From contig CAXXTH010000010.1 in NCBI GenBank assembly GCA_963668025.2, forward strand, positions 224,001-288,000: DNA of 64,000 nt, in the 5' to 3' direction. Below, piece after piece: positions 40,540-51,109 of the stretch. Each line of letters opens with the position of its first letter. The stretch's first letter is position 1. Below the pieces are notes generated by a model. That model was given only the letters and a program-made list of their open reading frames with translations, had not been told where the DNA came from and did not search any database. The position numbers were made by a program, and so were the translations under genes. The DNA is from Candidatus Hydrogenedentota bacterium (GTDB taxonomy: Bacteria; Hydrogenedentota; Hydrogenedentia; Hydrogenedentales; SLHB01).

Positions 40540-40973
40540 TGGTATTCCTCCTCCTGTTTTCCTGGCCAGGATATCTGGCCTTATCTGGATTCACCTGCCC
40601 TCTATCCCATCATAGAGAAACGCAACCGCCCTCTTTGATAGTCAATATTGGATTGAATTTTAAGTTAAGATTGACTATATCTTTGCATTTTGTATTTCAT
40701 TTGTCAAGCAGAAAATCGTAAAACATGAAAAATGTGTTTATTGTTTGCATTCGGAATGGGAACCATTGGTGATGAGTAGGTGAATATACGGATGAATAAA
40801 ACGTGTTTTATATGTATTCATTGATGTATAAGGAGGGAGATGGTGGGACTATCCTCTTAACCGCAGACGTTCGCCCGTACTGCGTTTTTTCGCATAGACT
40901 GAGTATCCCGGTAAATGGCGGATTTAGGATCTGGGCAATGTTATGGCTGGAGGACTGAAGCTAGAGCCGTTTT

Positions 40974-41867
40974 TTATGTATTCACGATTTGTACGCCGCG
41001 CTCCGCATCGCGGATGCGGGTGCTGATAAGGCCGATCTGGCCATATTCGACGCCCATATGCCGGGCCACCACCTCGCATTTGGCCCGTAAAATCAAAAAG
41101 ACATCGCCGGGGTAATCGTCGATGGTCTCGTAATTGCCTTGGCCTTTGCCGATAATCAGGTCCGCCTGGTCCATGCGTGCGCGGAATTCAGGGGTGATGA
41201 GGCTCAATGGCGTGCCGACATACGCCCCGCCATTGCTGATGACTTCGCACACCTCCGCCAGCCCCACTTGCACGGCGTCTTCCATGAGCGCGTCATTGAT
41301 GATGGGCCCGCCCTTCACTACGGCGGTCACATGCGTATGCTTTTGCAATTCCTCGATCAGGATCTTATCAAAGACGATTTCCCCGGCATTATCGAGGAAG
41401 AAGAGCAGATCCTTGCAATGGCGCAACGATTCGAGCAGCGCGCCGGTGTGGTCCACTGCGAAGCTCTGGCTCAAGGCATCCTCGATCGCGGCATGCACAT
41501 CAATATGCTCTTGCTGCATGGTGCCCAAATCAATGATGTTGCCCGCCGCCGCCAGATGAAGCGCTGTCACGAGGGGTTCGGTGCTATGCGCCATAATGGC
41601 GCGTAATTCCGGCACGAGGCTCATGGCGTGGGCGTTCTGTTCATGGCGAAGTTCACGGTACGGATCGGAGTTGCCAGAAAACTGTGCCGTTAATTCATAG
41701 GCGCACAGTGAGATCACGGACGGGGATTCATCTATATCGAGCGTAGGAATGCGGAGGGACACTTCATCCAGAATTCGTCGCTGTATCGCGGGATCATCCG
41801 TGGCCAGGCGCGCGCAGCGCAGCGCTTGTTTCACTACACATTCCAGACAGTCAAGTGTCGATTTCAT
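40974..41867 (-). CDS. ARMT1-like / DUF89 damage-control phosphatase
   Basis: C..C N-terminus, AGNIIDLG, DNAGEIVFD, PIINDA, KGQGNYE, AKC. Confidence 0.9.
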   Translation of the reverse strand: MKSTLDCLECVVKQALRCARLATDDPAIQRRILDEVSLRIPTLDIDESPSVISLCAYELTAQFSGNSDPYRELRHEQNAHAMSLVPELRAIMAHSTEPLVTALHLAAAGNIIDLGTMQQEHIDVHAAIEDALSQSFAVDHTGALLESLRHCKDLLFFLDNAGEIVFDKILIEELQKHTHVTAVVKGGPIINDALMEDAVQVGLAEVCEVISNGGAYVGTPLSLITPEFRARMDQADLIIGKGQGNYETIDDYPGDVFLILRAKCEVVARHMGVEYGQIGLISTRIRDAERGVQIVNT

Positions 41868-42123
41868 GATATGCAAAGCCTTTGTATCGGTTTTTGCCAA
41901 TATGGTTCATATGGGCAGGGCTGCGTACGGACAATGCTGTAAACGAAAAAACAGTTGTGAAGCATTTCCAGGCATTTAGAGCGATAATACGGATTTTCCG
42001 GCATGAATGCAAAAGCCCGGATGCAGCATGGAATGGGCCTCACACCCATGCGGTTTTCGCTGGCCAGTCGTCCCGTCTTGCCCACTAGAAGACACATCAA
42101 TTGGTTAAAGTGTTACGAACAAA

Positions 42124-42152
42124 TTGACCTATCTGGCGGTCTCAAGTAGAAT
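42124..42152 (+). promoter_or_regulatory. Putative sigma70 promoter of the nfeD-floA operon
   Basis: TTGACC-17 bp-TAGAAT. Confidence 0.55.
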
Positions 42153-42231
42153 GGAATCATGCGTTGCGGGCAAAGGGTTCGGGTCAGGCAATATAGGACA
42201 ACGGGCGCGCAATGCTGGAAGGTGAGGTTAC

Positions 42232-43896
42232 ATGCGTTCAGCTACTACGTTTGTAGTCGCGGCGCTCCTGGGTGCATTCATGTTCACGGGGCCTTGCCCA
42301 GGCGCGTTCGCACAGGAATCACCCACGCCAGGCCAGCCATTCGTGGTCTTTTGTCCCATTAATGAGATGGTGGACGACGGCCTCGTGGTGCTGGTCAAAC
42401 GGGCCGTCAAGGAATCTGAAGGGGCGTCCGCCCTGGTGTTCGTAGTGGACACTTATGGCGGCTTGGTGGATTCCGCCATCGAGATCACGGAGGCCATTCT
42501 CGAAGCGCCGTGCCCGACCGTAGCGTTCGTGCGCGGCAAGGGGGCCATCTCGGCGGGAGCCATCATTAGCTTCGCCTGTAAAACCATCCTCATGACACCG
42601 CCGAGCATCATCGGCGCATCGCAGCCGGTCATCCCCTCCGCCGAAGGCAACATGCCCACGGGTGAGAAAGAAGTGTCTTTCCTGCGCGAGAAAATGGCGG
42701 CGTTAGCGGAAGTGAACGGCCATAATGTCGCCATCGGCCAGGCCATGGTGGATAAGGATGTCGAACTGTACGCGCAGCTTCAAGCCGATGGAACCATCCG
42801 AGTGTGGTCGCCCACGTTTGGCGGGGCTTCGGCAGGCGGCGCCGAGCCTTCCGCGCAAGCGGAGAAAGCTGGCGGGCTACTGGACGCCGCACTTGATGTG
42901 ATCGAGCAAGACACCGGCATCCCGATGGATGCGATGCGCGATATCGCCAAAGACACGACAGGCCGGACCCAGTTGGTTTCCCCTGCCGCTCCGCCGGTTC
43001 TGCCGGACGGCATGGAAATCTTTCAGGATAAACAGCCCCATCTGATCTTGGCCAAGGACAAGCTGCTGACACTCACGGCGAACCGTGCGAAAAACTTCGG
43101 GCTTATCCCCGCCACCGTGGACAATGAAGACGGCGTCATGAGCTTTCTGGGATTCAGCGGTGCGCGGAAAGTTCATATCGAGATGACCGCACCCGAGCGG
43201 GTGTTTCGCTGGCTGTCGAATCCCATGGTGTCGGGCATCCTCTTCATGATCGCCCTTGGGGCCATGTACCTCGAGATCAAGACGCCTGGATTTGGGATCC
43301 CGGGTATCGTGTCCATCCTGGCGTTCATGCTCTTCTTCGGTTCCCGTATGGTGCTGGGTATGTCGAGCTGGGTGGACATCGTCCTGGTGGGAGCGGGCAT
43401 TGCCCTGCTGCTGGTGGAGATCTTCATCACGCCGGGCTTTGGCTTCGCGGGATTCGCCGGGCTGCTCTGCATCCTCACGGGATTCGTCCTGTCTTTCACC
43501 TTGAAGGATTTCGAGATCCCTCAGTATTCGTGGGACTTCGACCGCTTTGAAAATGCGGGCGTCACCTTCGCAGTGGCGGGCGTCACGCTGTTTTTGTTCA
43601 TACTGGCGACTTGGAAGCTCCTCCCGCGCACGCCGCTCTACCGGCAGATCGTGTTGCAAGCCTCTCAGCCCCATGCGCAAGGCTATACGGTCCAGACCTA
43701 TAAAGACGTGGAACAAGCCTTGGGCCGCCGGGGCGTGGCGCTCACCATGCTGCGTCCAGCGGGAAGAGGACGATTTGATAACAAGACTTATTCCGTGGTG
43801 AGCCGGGGCGATTTCATCGAGCCCGGAACCGCCATTGTTGTAGTGGAAGTGGAAGGCAACCGGTATGTAGTGGACCCGGTGGAGGAATCGAAATAA
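42232..43896 (+). CDS. NfeD-family membrane-bound serine protease (long form)
   Basis: DTYGG, AISAGA, IGASQPV, EK..S, KLLTLT, EIKTPGFG, C-terminal OB fold LRPAG. Confidence 0.9.
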   Translation: MRSATTFVVAALLGAFMFTGPCPGAFAQESPTPGQPFVVFCPINEMVDDGLVVLVKRAVKESEGASALVFVVDTYGGLVDSAIEITEAILEAPCPTVAFVRGKGAISAGAIISFACKTILMTPPSIIGASQPVIPSAEGNMPTGEKEVSFLREKMAALAEVNGHNVAIGQAMVDKDVELYAQLQADGTIRVWSPTFGGASAGGAEPSAQAEKAGGLLDAALDVIEQDTGIPMDAMRDIAKDTTGRTQLVSPAAPPVLPDGMEIFQDKQPHLILAKDKLLTLTANRAKNFGLIPATVDNEDGVMSFLGFSGARKVHIEMTAPERVFRWLSNPMVSGILFMIALGAMYLEIKTPGFGIPGIVSILAFMLFFGSRMVLGMSSWVDIVLVGAGIALLLVEIFITPGFGFAGFAGLLCILTGFVLSFTLKDFEIPQYSWDFDRFENAGVTFAVAGVTLFLFILATWKLLPRTPLYRQIVLQASQPHAQGYTVQTYKDVEQALGRRGVALTMLRPAGRGRFDNKTYSVVSRGDFIEPGTAIVVVEVEGNRYVVDPVEESK

Positions 43897-44195
43897 TGGA
43901 CGTCCGCACCACATTGATCAAAATGTTGAATACCCTGCAAGAGGATATGCGCACCTTGAACCAGCAAGGAGCGGGATATTACTCGTGCCTGCCCTTCGTG
44001 CGCCGTTACAATAAACTCCTCGAACAATCGCGCACGCTGTTCCCGGGCGGCGATGGGATTATCTCGACGTTCGACGCGATTGAAGAAGTGGACCCGAAAG
44101 AACCCTCCGAGAAGATGAAAGTGCTCCAGGCTATTAAAGTCGAGAGCGGCCAGCTCATCACCTTGCTCGAATCGGCGGGAGGAAGCACGCAATGA
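43896..44195 (+). CDS. Hypothetical protein
   Basis: Translationally coupled to both neighbours. Confidence 0.7.
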   Translation: MDVRTTLIKMLNTLQEDMRTLNQQGAGYYSCLPFVRRYNKLLEQSRTLFPGGDGIISTFDAIEEVDPKEPSEKMKVLQAIKVESGQLITLLESAGGSTQ

Positions 44196-44668
44196 CCATC
44201 ATATGGGTGCTTCTGTTATATATAGGCGGCCTGCTGCTCATCATGGCCGAGTTTTTTGTGCCGGGGGCTATTTGTGGATTTTTCGGCGGGGTCATGGTGT
44301 TCATCAGCGCCACCCTCGCCTACCGCACCTACCCCGATTATGGACTGTTCATCGTGGTCGCCGAACTGGCGGGCGTGCTCGCGGGGATTGTTATGGGTTT
44401 CAAAATCCTGCCCCACACGCGCATAGGCAAAGCCATGATTCTATCGGCTGCCCAGCCCCATGACGAAGGCTGGGTGGCGGTGAAGAGCGACATGTCGCTC
44501 CTCGGGGCCGAGGGCGAAGTATACTCGCCCTTGCGCCCGGCGGGGAAAGTCCTCGTGAACGGAGAACGGCTCGACGCCGTTTCCACCGGCGATTTGATTG
44601 AAGCAGGCGTAAAAATCCGCATCATCGAGGTGCGCGGCAGCCGGATCGTTGTCGAGACCGTGGAATAG
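44192..44668 (+). CDS. NfeD-family protein (short form)
   Basis: TM helices with EFFVPG; G.EG...PLRPAG.V..GER.DAVS.G. Confidence 0.85.
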   Translation: MTIIWVLLLYIGGLLLIMAEFFVPGAICGFFGGVMVFISATLAYRTYPDYGLFIVVAELAGVLAGIVMGFKILPHTRIGKAMILSAAQPHDEGWVAVKSDMSLLGAEGEVYSPLRPAGKVLVNGERLDAVSTGDLIEAGVKIRIIEVRGSRIVVETVE

Positions 44669-44670
44669 AA

Positions 44671-44796
44671 TTTTTTTAACACAAAGACACGAAGGCACAA
44701 GGAGTAAATAGTGATTGGTTGTCAAACCGCTTTTGATTTGAATTCAACAGGGTTCTTGAGAGCTTCTTTGTGTCTTAGTGTCTTTGTGTTAAAAAA
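44671..44796. repeat. Inverted pair of cacaaagacac-type repeats
   Basis: ttttttaacacaaagacacgaaggcacaagga / ttctttgtgtcttagtgtctttgtgttaaaaaa. Confidence 0.7.
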
Positions 44797-44857
44797 GACG
44801 TGGATGAGACAGTTATTGCTCGGGTTCGGCGTTCAGCGCTGCGGAAGGAGTAGCGAG

Positions 44858-45343
44858 ATGAAAAACATAACCATTCTGGCCGTGTGCGCCCTGATCGGCG
44901 GGTGTGTGTATACTGTACCGCTGGTGAAGACGCCGAAGATCGAAATCGGCAGTGCGGTGGTAGGCTTATGGGAACTGCAAGAAAACAAAGAATCGCCCGA
45001 GCGCATGCTGGTGCTGCCGCTGAGCAAGAAGGAGTGCCTGGTCTCGTACAGCGACAAGGAGACGCTCTACTTCCGTGCTTGCCTGGCCAAAGTTGCTGAT
45101 AAAACAATCGTACAGTTACAAGTGATTGGTGGCGGCGGTGGCGGCGTTCCCGATGATAATCGGATATACCAGTATGCGGAATACAAGGTCGAGGGTGATA
45201 CGCTCACGGTCCGCATGTTGAATGATGAGGTCATAGACAGGGATATCGATTCCACGCGCGCATTAACCAAGGCAATTAAAAAGCACATCGACGATCCGAA
45301 CCTCTTCAAGGATGCGGGCGTGTTTAAACGAGTGAAGGAATAA
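44858..45343 (+). CDS. Hypothetical lipoprotein
   Basis: aaggag RBS; MKNITILAVCALIGGC lipobox-like signal. Confidence 0.7.
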   Translation: MKNITILAVCALIGGCVYTVPLVKTPKIEIGSAVVGLWELQENKESPERMLVLPLSKKECLVSYSDKETLYFRACLAKVADKTIVQLQVIGGGGGGVPDDNRIYQYAEYKVEGDTLTVRMLNDEVIDRDIDSTRALTKAIKKHIDDPNLFKDAGVFKRVKE

Positions 45344-45361
45344 ATGGGTGTTTTGATGCTC

Positions 45362-45438
45362 TTTATTCACGCGAAGGCGCAAAGGCGCAAAGAGTCGCTT
45401 CCAAGTCTTTGTGCCTTAGAGTCTTTGTGTTGGAAAAT
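45362..45438. repeat. Second pair of the same repeat family
   Basis: cacgcgaaggcgcaaaggcgcaaaga ... tctttgtgccttagagtctttgtgtt. Confidence 0.65.
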
Positions 45439-45531
45439 TGCCAAAGGGTAAAGCGTCCGGAAGGGCGCTTCAGGGTTTAACAAACAGGCGGCTGGGCATA
45501 ACGTCCGGCGGCAGTGAAAGGGGAAATAGGC

Positions 45532-46551
45532 ATGACTGAAATTTTTATGGCTATAATAGGCTTGGTAGTGGTAGTCGCAGGGCTAGTAGCCGTGGCGCTG
45601 CTGCTGTCATTTATCAAACTGTACATCCAAGCATTACTGGCGGGCGCGCACGTGAGCATGGTCAGTCTTGTCAGCATGCGCCTGCAAAAGGTCAATCCGT
45701 ATGTCGTCGTCGAAGCGCGCATTAGCGCGGTCAAGGCGGGGCTGAATGTCTCGACGGACGAGTTGCAAAGCCACTACCTTGCGGGCGGCAATATAATCCG
45801 TGTCGTGCGCGCGCTCATCGCCGCCGACAAGGCGAACATCGATTTGGACTTCAAGCGCGCCACGGCCATTGACCTGGCGGGCCGCGACATCCTCGAGGCG
45901 GTGCAGACGTCCGTGAATCCGAAGGTCATTGATTGCCCGAATCCGAACAAAGGCGACCCCACCGTGGCGGCCGTGGCCATGGACGGCATCCAGCTTCGCG
46001 CCAAGGCGCGCGTCACCGTACGCACCAACATCAAAACCCTCGTGGGCGGCGCGACCGAGGAGACCATCATCGCGCGCGTGGGCGAGGGCATCGTGACCAC
46101 CATCGGTTCGTCGCAGTCGCACAAGCAGGTGCTCGAGAATCCGGACCGCATCTCGAAGACGGTGCTCCAGCGCGGGCTTGACGCCGGTACGGCGTTCGAG
46201 ATCCTGTCCATCGATATCGCGGACGTGGACGTGGGCGAGAACATCGGCGCGCAACTCCAGATCAAGCAGGCCGAGGCGGACAAGCAGATCGCCCAGGCCC
46301 GCGCCGAGGAGCGCCGCGCCATGGCCATGGCCCGCGAGCAGGAAATGCGGGCGCAAGTCGTCGAGATGCGCGCGCGCGTGGTCGAGGCCGAGGCCGAAGT
46401 GCCCAAGGCCATGGCGGAAGCCTTCCGCTCGGGCAACCTGGGCATCATGGATTATTACCGCATGAAGAACATCATGGCCGACACGGATATGCGCGGGAAC
46501 ATCGCGAAAATGGACACGGGCGGTGAAGAACAAAACCCGCAGGGACGGTAG
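45532..46551 (+). CDS. floA: Flotillin-like protein FloA (YqfA/UPF0365)
   Basis: [65 protein letters not shown]. Confidence 0.95.
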   Translation: MTEIFMAIIGLVVVVAGLVAVALLLSFIKLYIQALLAGAHVSMVSLVSMRLQKVNPYVVVEARISAVKAGLNVSTDELQSHYLAGGNIIRVVRALIAADKANIDLDFKRATAIDLAGRDILEAVQTSVNPKVIDCPNPNKGDPTVAAVAMDGIQLRAKARVTVRTNIKTLVGGATEETIIARVGEGIVTTIGSSQSHKQVLENPDRISKTVLQRGLDAGTAFEILSIDIADVDVGENIGAQLQIKQAEADKQIAQARAEERRAMAMAREQEMRAQVVEMRARVVEAEAEVPKAMAEAFRSGNLGIMDYYRMKNIMADTDMRGNIAKMDTGGEEQNPQGR

Positions 46552-46554
46552 CAT

Positions 46555-47208
46555 ATGGGACATGTGTTTGCGGATTTCCAAAATGCCTTGGGGCCGCTGA
46601 TCTTTGTGGCGGTGCTGATTATCAGTGGGATAGTGAATAGCCAGCGAGAGAAGGCCAAGCGCGAAAAAGAGCGCCGCACGTTGCAGGAAAATCTCGATAC
46701 GCGCGAGAAGCGCACCGAGACGCATTCCATCCCCGTGGCGCGCCCCCGGCAGCAACAATCCGGGCAGATGCCTCCTGCACCACGGCGGCAGGAAGCGCCA
46801 CCGCCCTTGCGCCCGGCGCAGCCTTCGCAGGAACAGGCGAAGCCCATTAGCGTGCAGGATTTGCTCAACACGATGCTGGGAGGCATACCGGTGCAAACGC
46901 CGAAGAATCCGCCGCCCATCCAGCCGCAGCAGCGCCGGGAGCCGGTGCAACGGCCGCGGCAACAGCAAGCGCCGCCCCAACAGCCTCAGCGCCGCCCGGT
47001 TCAGGCAGCGCCACCGCAGGCCCGTCCAGCGGCCGCACAGCCATCTCCGGCTCCACGTCCCGTGGCCGCGCAGCAAGCAGCGCCGAAACGCATGCAACGC
47101 CGTAAGAAGCAAGGGTCGTTTCTCGGCAGCCTGGGTGATGTACGGCGGGGGATTGTACTGCGGGAGGTGCTGGGTCCGCCCAAGGCCTTTACGGATTGGC
47201 CCGGGTGA
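46555..47208 (+). CDS. Pro/Gln-rich membrane-anchored protein (in the YqfB-like position)
   Basis: N-terminal TM, low-complexity middle, C-terminal RRGIVLREVLGPPKA. Confidence 0.7.
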   Translation: MGHVFADFQNALGPLIFVAVLIISGIVNSQREKAKREKERRTLQENLDTREKRTETHSIPVARPRQQQSGQMPPAPRRQEAPPPLRPAQPSQEQAKPISVQDLLNTMLGGIPVQTPKNPPPIQPQQRREPVQRPRQQQAPPQQPQRRPVQAAPPQARPAAAQPSPAPRPVAAQQAAPKRMQRRKKQGSFLGSLGDVRRGIVLREVLGPPKAFTDWPG

Positions 47209-47260
47209 GCGGATTTGTTGAGCGTGAGGCGTGATGGGCCAGCGAGAGAGGCGCGCCGCT

Positions 47261-48382
47261 ATGCCGGATAATCCCAAGCGCGTGCTGTTGCTGGCGGAAA
47301 GCCCCTACATGGGCGGCATCACGTCGCATATTCTGAGCATTATCCAGGCGTTTCGCGGGCGTAGCGATTTCATTATCACCGTGGCGGCGCTGCCAGGACG
47401 CCGCCACGATAACACCTTGTTCGACGCCTGCCGCGCACTCGATACGCCGGTGCATGTATTTCCCATGCAAGGCGCGTTCGATATCCGCATCATGGGCGCG
47501 TTGCAGCGTTTCGTGCGGAAAGAACGCATCGATCTTGTTCACACCCACAATTACCGCGCCACTCTGCTGTGCGCCCTCGCGGCGCGCCGAACGCCTTTGG
47601 TGAACACTTGCCATGGCATGGCGGCGGAGCCGTCGTTCCGTCTCAAGGCGTGGCAGCGGCTCGAATTGCTCGCCATGCGGCGCAGCCGCCTCTCCATCGC
47701 GCCCTCGGAATTTGTACGCGCCTGGCTTATACGGCAAGGCCTTGCGTCCTCGCGCGTGCGGACGGTCTTCAACGGATTCGAGCCGCGCCAAGAGGAAGAC
47801 GCCGCATGCCGCGACGAACAGCATATTCCCGCTGGCGATCTCGTATTGCTTTATATAGGCCGCTTGGTGGAGGGAAAAGGCGTCGAGTTTTTTATTGAGG
47901 CCCTTGCGGGCCGATCAGACGGATCGGACGGATCGGACCGATCGGGCGTCATCGTGGGTGATGGGCCGTTGCGTGCGGCGCTCGAATCCCAAGCGGCGGC
48001 GCTAGGAGCGCCGGTGCGGTTCGTGGGCGCGGTGCGTGAGCCTGGGCCCTATTACCGCCTGGCCGATGCCGTCGTCCTGCCGTCGCGAATGGAGGCTTTA
48101 CCCATGGCGCTTATCGAAGCCGCCGCCTATGGCAAGCCCGCTATCGCCACGCGAGCGGGCGGCATTCCCGAAGTGGTGCGCGATGGGGAAAGCGGTATGT
48201 TGATGGATTACGGGGATATTCAAGCCTTGCGCCAGGCCATTAAAGACCTGCGCACTCCGGATGTGCGCACCCGCCTGGGAGAAGGAGCGCGCGCCCAATG
48301 GCAAGCCCATTTCACACTCGAACGCATGGCGGACGGCTTGGCTCAAACCTACGAAGATGCGCTTCGCCCGTTATCGGTGTAA
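47261..48382 (+). CDS. Glycosyltransferase family 4
   Basis: GG, D.VHTH, GRL...KG, VGDGP, PSRMEALPMALIEA..GKP..GGIPE. Confidence 0.92.
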   Translation: MPDNPKRVLLLAESPYMGGITSHILSIIQAFRGRSDFIITVAALPGRRHDNTLFDACRALDTPVHVFPMQGAFDIRIMGALQRFVRKERIDLVHTHNYRATLLCALAARRTPLVNTCHGMAAEPSFRLKAWQRLELLAMRRSRLSIAPSEFVRAWLIRQGLASSRVRTVFNGFEPRQEEDAACRDEQHIPAGDLVLLYIGRLVEGKGVEFFIEALAGRSDGSDGSDRSGVIVGDGPLRAALESQAAALGAPVRFVGAVREPGPYYRLADAVVLPSRMEALPMALIEAAAYGKPAIATRAGGIPEVVRDGESGMLMDYGDIQALRQAIKDLRTPDVRTRLGEGARAQWQAHFTLERMADGLAQTYEDALRPLSV

Positions 48383-49222
48383 AAACGCTTTCGCGCGCGA
48401 CCAAGCGAACAGGGCTTCCATGCGCAGCACCGCTCCGTACAAATCCAGGGGGTAATGCCAGGGTATCCATATTGGGCTGGCCATGAATCGAGCCATCGAG
48501 TAAGCCACGTAGGCCGCAGGATGGCCATGGTGTTCCGCGCACACCCGCAGCCCCATCTCGCCCATGGCGCGAATCCGCGCGGCGGCGGCGTCCCAATCGC
48601 GGGAATAGCGGTGCGTCACACACACAGCCGGGTCATAAAACATCCGCGCGCCCGTGGCGGCCATGCGCAAGCATAAATCCCAGTCCTCGGCGGCGGTGAG
48701 CCGCTCCTCGCGGAATCCGCCCACCTTGTGGAACAACACCGTAGGAAGCAGCAAGTTGAGCGTCGGGGCCGCCTTAATCGGCTTAGGATATGCCCCAAGG
48801 CTTTTTTGAAATCGGTAGTGCATATAGCGTTCGGCGGGCGTTTCGAGGCTAAACGGCGCAATGCCGCCGCAGAGCACGTCGCACCCGTGGGAAGCGCGGC
48901 AATCGAGCATGTGGGAGACCCAATCGGGCGGCGCGGTGGCGTCGTCGTCCGTGAACAAGATATATTCGCCGCGCGCCAGCTTCACTCCGGCATTACGTGC
49001 GGGTCCAGGCCCTTGGTTGACGATACGGATATACCGGAACCGGGCCGGATGGGCCTTCGCGTGTGCATCGAGCACTTCAGGCGTTTCATCCGTCGAGCCG
49101 TCATCCACATACACCGCTTCCCAGGCATCGCCCTCCTGGGCGAGAATGGAGGCGATATTCTCGCGCAACAGCGGTGCGCGATTATAGGTGGCGGCCACGA
49201 TAGTCACAAGCGGATTGGCCAT
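48371..49222 (-). CDS. Glycosyltransferase family 2
   Basis: ATYNR, VDDGSTD, NQGPG.ARN.G, FTDDD, AEDWDL. Confidence 0.9.
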   Translation of the reverse strand: MANPLVTIVAATYNRAPLLRENIASILAQEGDAWEAVYVDDGSTDETPEVLDAHAKAHPARFRYIRIVNQGPGPARNAGVKLARGEYILFTDDDATAPPDWVSHMLDCRASHGCDVLCGGIAPFSLETPAERYMHYRFQKSLGAYPKPIKAAPTLNLLLPTVLFHKVGGFREERLTAAEDWDLCLRMAATGARMFYDPAVCVTHRYSRDWDAAAARIRAMGEMGLRVCAEHHGHPAAYVAYSMARFMASPIWIPWHYPLDLYGAVLRMEALFAWSRAKAFLHR

Positions 49223-49296
49223 GTGAGGTTCCCCAACATGCAGTGGTTTGCGTTCCATGATATGCTGGAGACAAACCAGCAAGTCAAGGAGCAAGC

Positions 49297-50169
49297 ATGC
49301 GAATGAATATGGCCAATGCGATAACACCGCTGGTGTCGGTGGTATTGCCCACATATATGGGCGATGAGCCACGCCTGTTGTGGGAAGCGGCATCGAGCAT
49401 TCTTGCGCAGACCTGGAAACATCTCGAACTCATTATCGTGCTTGATGGGCCTGTTGGGCTTGAAGCCTGCGCCGCCATCGAAGCCTTGGAACGTGCCGAT
49501 GCGCGCGTGCGCATTATCGCACTGGACGCAAACCAAGGCCCGGCGCATGCGCGCAACGCGGGCATCGCGGCGGCGCATGGGGAGTACATCGCGCTGCTTG
49601 ATGCCGATGATCGCGCCGCGCCGCGCCGCATCGAGCAGCAGGTGCGCCATATGGCAGCCACTGGCGCGGATGTGGCGGGAAGCTGGCACCGGATCGTGGA
49701 TGAACGAGGCGCTGTCCTTGGCCGGAAACAAACGCCCGTATCGCCGTGCGCCGTGCGGCGGTGGATGCCGTTTATCAATCCCATCGCGAATTCCACCGTT
49801 CTGGCGCGCGCTGCCGTGTTGCGGGAAAATCCATTCCCGGAAGGCCCGCGCGCCAAGGGACGCGCGTTCGACGGCGAAGATTATGCGCTCTGGGTGGCGC
49901 TTGCCCTGCAAGGCCGCGTGCTATGCAATGTCCCGGAAGAACTGGCGGATTTTCGCGCCGATGCGGGGTTCCTCGAACGGCGGCGTGGGCTCGGCCCCTT
50001 CCGAAGCGATCTGCGTACAAAACTCAAGGCGGCGGCGCTGTATCCGATTCTGCTTCGGCCAATCTCCTTGGCTGGGGCCGTGGCGACAACCATGTGCCGC
50101 CTTCTGCCGCCGGGCATACTCGCGTGGGCATATCACTTGCGCGCCGCGCTACGATTTGCGAACCACTGA
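49297..50169 (+). CDS. Glycosyltransferase family 2
   Basis: SVVLPTY, NQGPAHARNAG, LDADD, EDYALW. Confidence 0.9.
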   Translation: MRMNMANAITPLVSVVLPTYMGDEPRLLWEAASSILAQTWKHLELIIVLDGPVGLEACAAIEALERADARVRIIALDANQGPAHARNAGIAAAHGEYIALLDADDRAAPRRIEQQVRHMAATGADVAGSWHRIVDERGAVLGRKQTPVSPCAVRRWMPFINPIANSTVLARAAVLRENPFPEGPRAKGRAFDGEDYALWVALALQGRVLCNVPEELADFRADAGFLERRRGLGPFRSDLRTKLKAAALYPILLRPISLAGAVATTMCRLLPPGILAWAYHLRAALRFANH

Positions 50170-50445
50170 ATTTATTTGAGTAGTACGTATATTCATCCTA
50201 TGACAGCCGCCTTAGCGAGACATAGCCGTAACCCCATTGGGACCGTTCTTGGGTGCGCATGAACGTAAAATGCATGGCGGGTTTGTCCCGCCGCGCTACA
50301 TCCCCTCTTCATACAACACACGACATGCTACAAAATGATAAAACTATTTCCCAGGCAACGCATCTCGTGATATGATGGAGTCGTTCCCCAAACGCCCATA
50401 TCAGCATTCGGACTCGAAGGGGAAACACAGAAAGGAGAACATGTT

Positions 50446-51093
50446 ATGCATACAATGATGCTGGTTCTGGCTGGCTTTTGCTGTCTTGCCTCCACGGATT
50501 GCCCAGCCAATGGTGCGTCCAAATGCGTGATGGGAACGAATACCGACCGTGGCGGCGTTTCCGTCGTGAACGATTCGAGTTGGAAGGCCATGACTAGCGC
50601 TCCGCTGGATGAAGCGGAAAAGGCGCTTGCAGCGGATGCTGAGCTGGCTTTCCTGCGCCGTATAAATGGCGAGGCGGCGAATATTTTCGACGACAGTTTC
50701 TTCCAGGGCTTAAAATGCCCGCTCTATGTGATAGCCGATCAGAAATTTGAACTCCCCACCAAACGTCCTCCCGAATTCCGTATGGCCAAGGACATGGAAG
50801 AATTGAAACGGATTGCGCGCGAGACCAAACAGGATGCCTACTATGTGCATATGGAATCATCCGGAATGGCGGAGTTTCCTGATGGAACTAAGGGCGTTGT
50901 CATCCAGTATGGATATAGTGTAGTCGACTGGGAGCGAGCCACGTGGGATGCTCTTTCAGAAGCCGAACGAGCGGCGAATCCGGAGCCTAAGTTCCGTATG
51001 TGGCTGTTCGGAGGCGGCTACAGGGTATGCGTCACCCGCGGCGCCCAGGAGAGTAAATTGGTCTTCCACGAAGAACCGATGGTCGTCAGTTGA
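50446..51093 (+). CDS. Hypothetical secreted protein
   Basis: aaaggaga RBS; hydrophobic N-terminus; no recognised family. Confidence 0.6.
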   Translation: MHTMMLVLAGFCCLASTDCPANGASKCVMGTNTDRGGVSVVNDSSWKAMTSAPLDEAEKALAADAELAFLRRINGEAANIFDDSFFQGLKCPLYVIADQKFELPTKRPPEFRMAKDMEELKRIARETKQDAYYVHMESSGMAEFPDGTKGVVIQYGYSVVDWERATWDALSEAERAANPEPKFRMWLFGGGYRVCVTRGAQESKLVFHEEPMVVS

Positions 51094-51109
51094 GCCGGAA
51101 CAGTGGCGC

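Noticed and set aside
45634-47277. 547-aa minus-strand ORF
   Set aside because: Antisense shadow of floA and its neighbour in GC-rich codons; no motifs.
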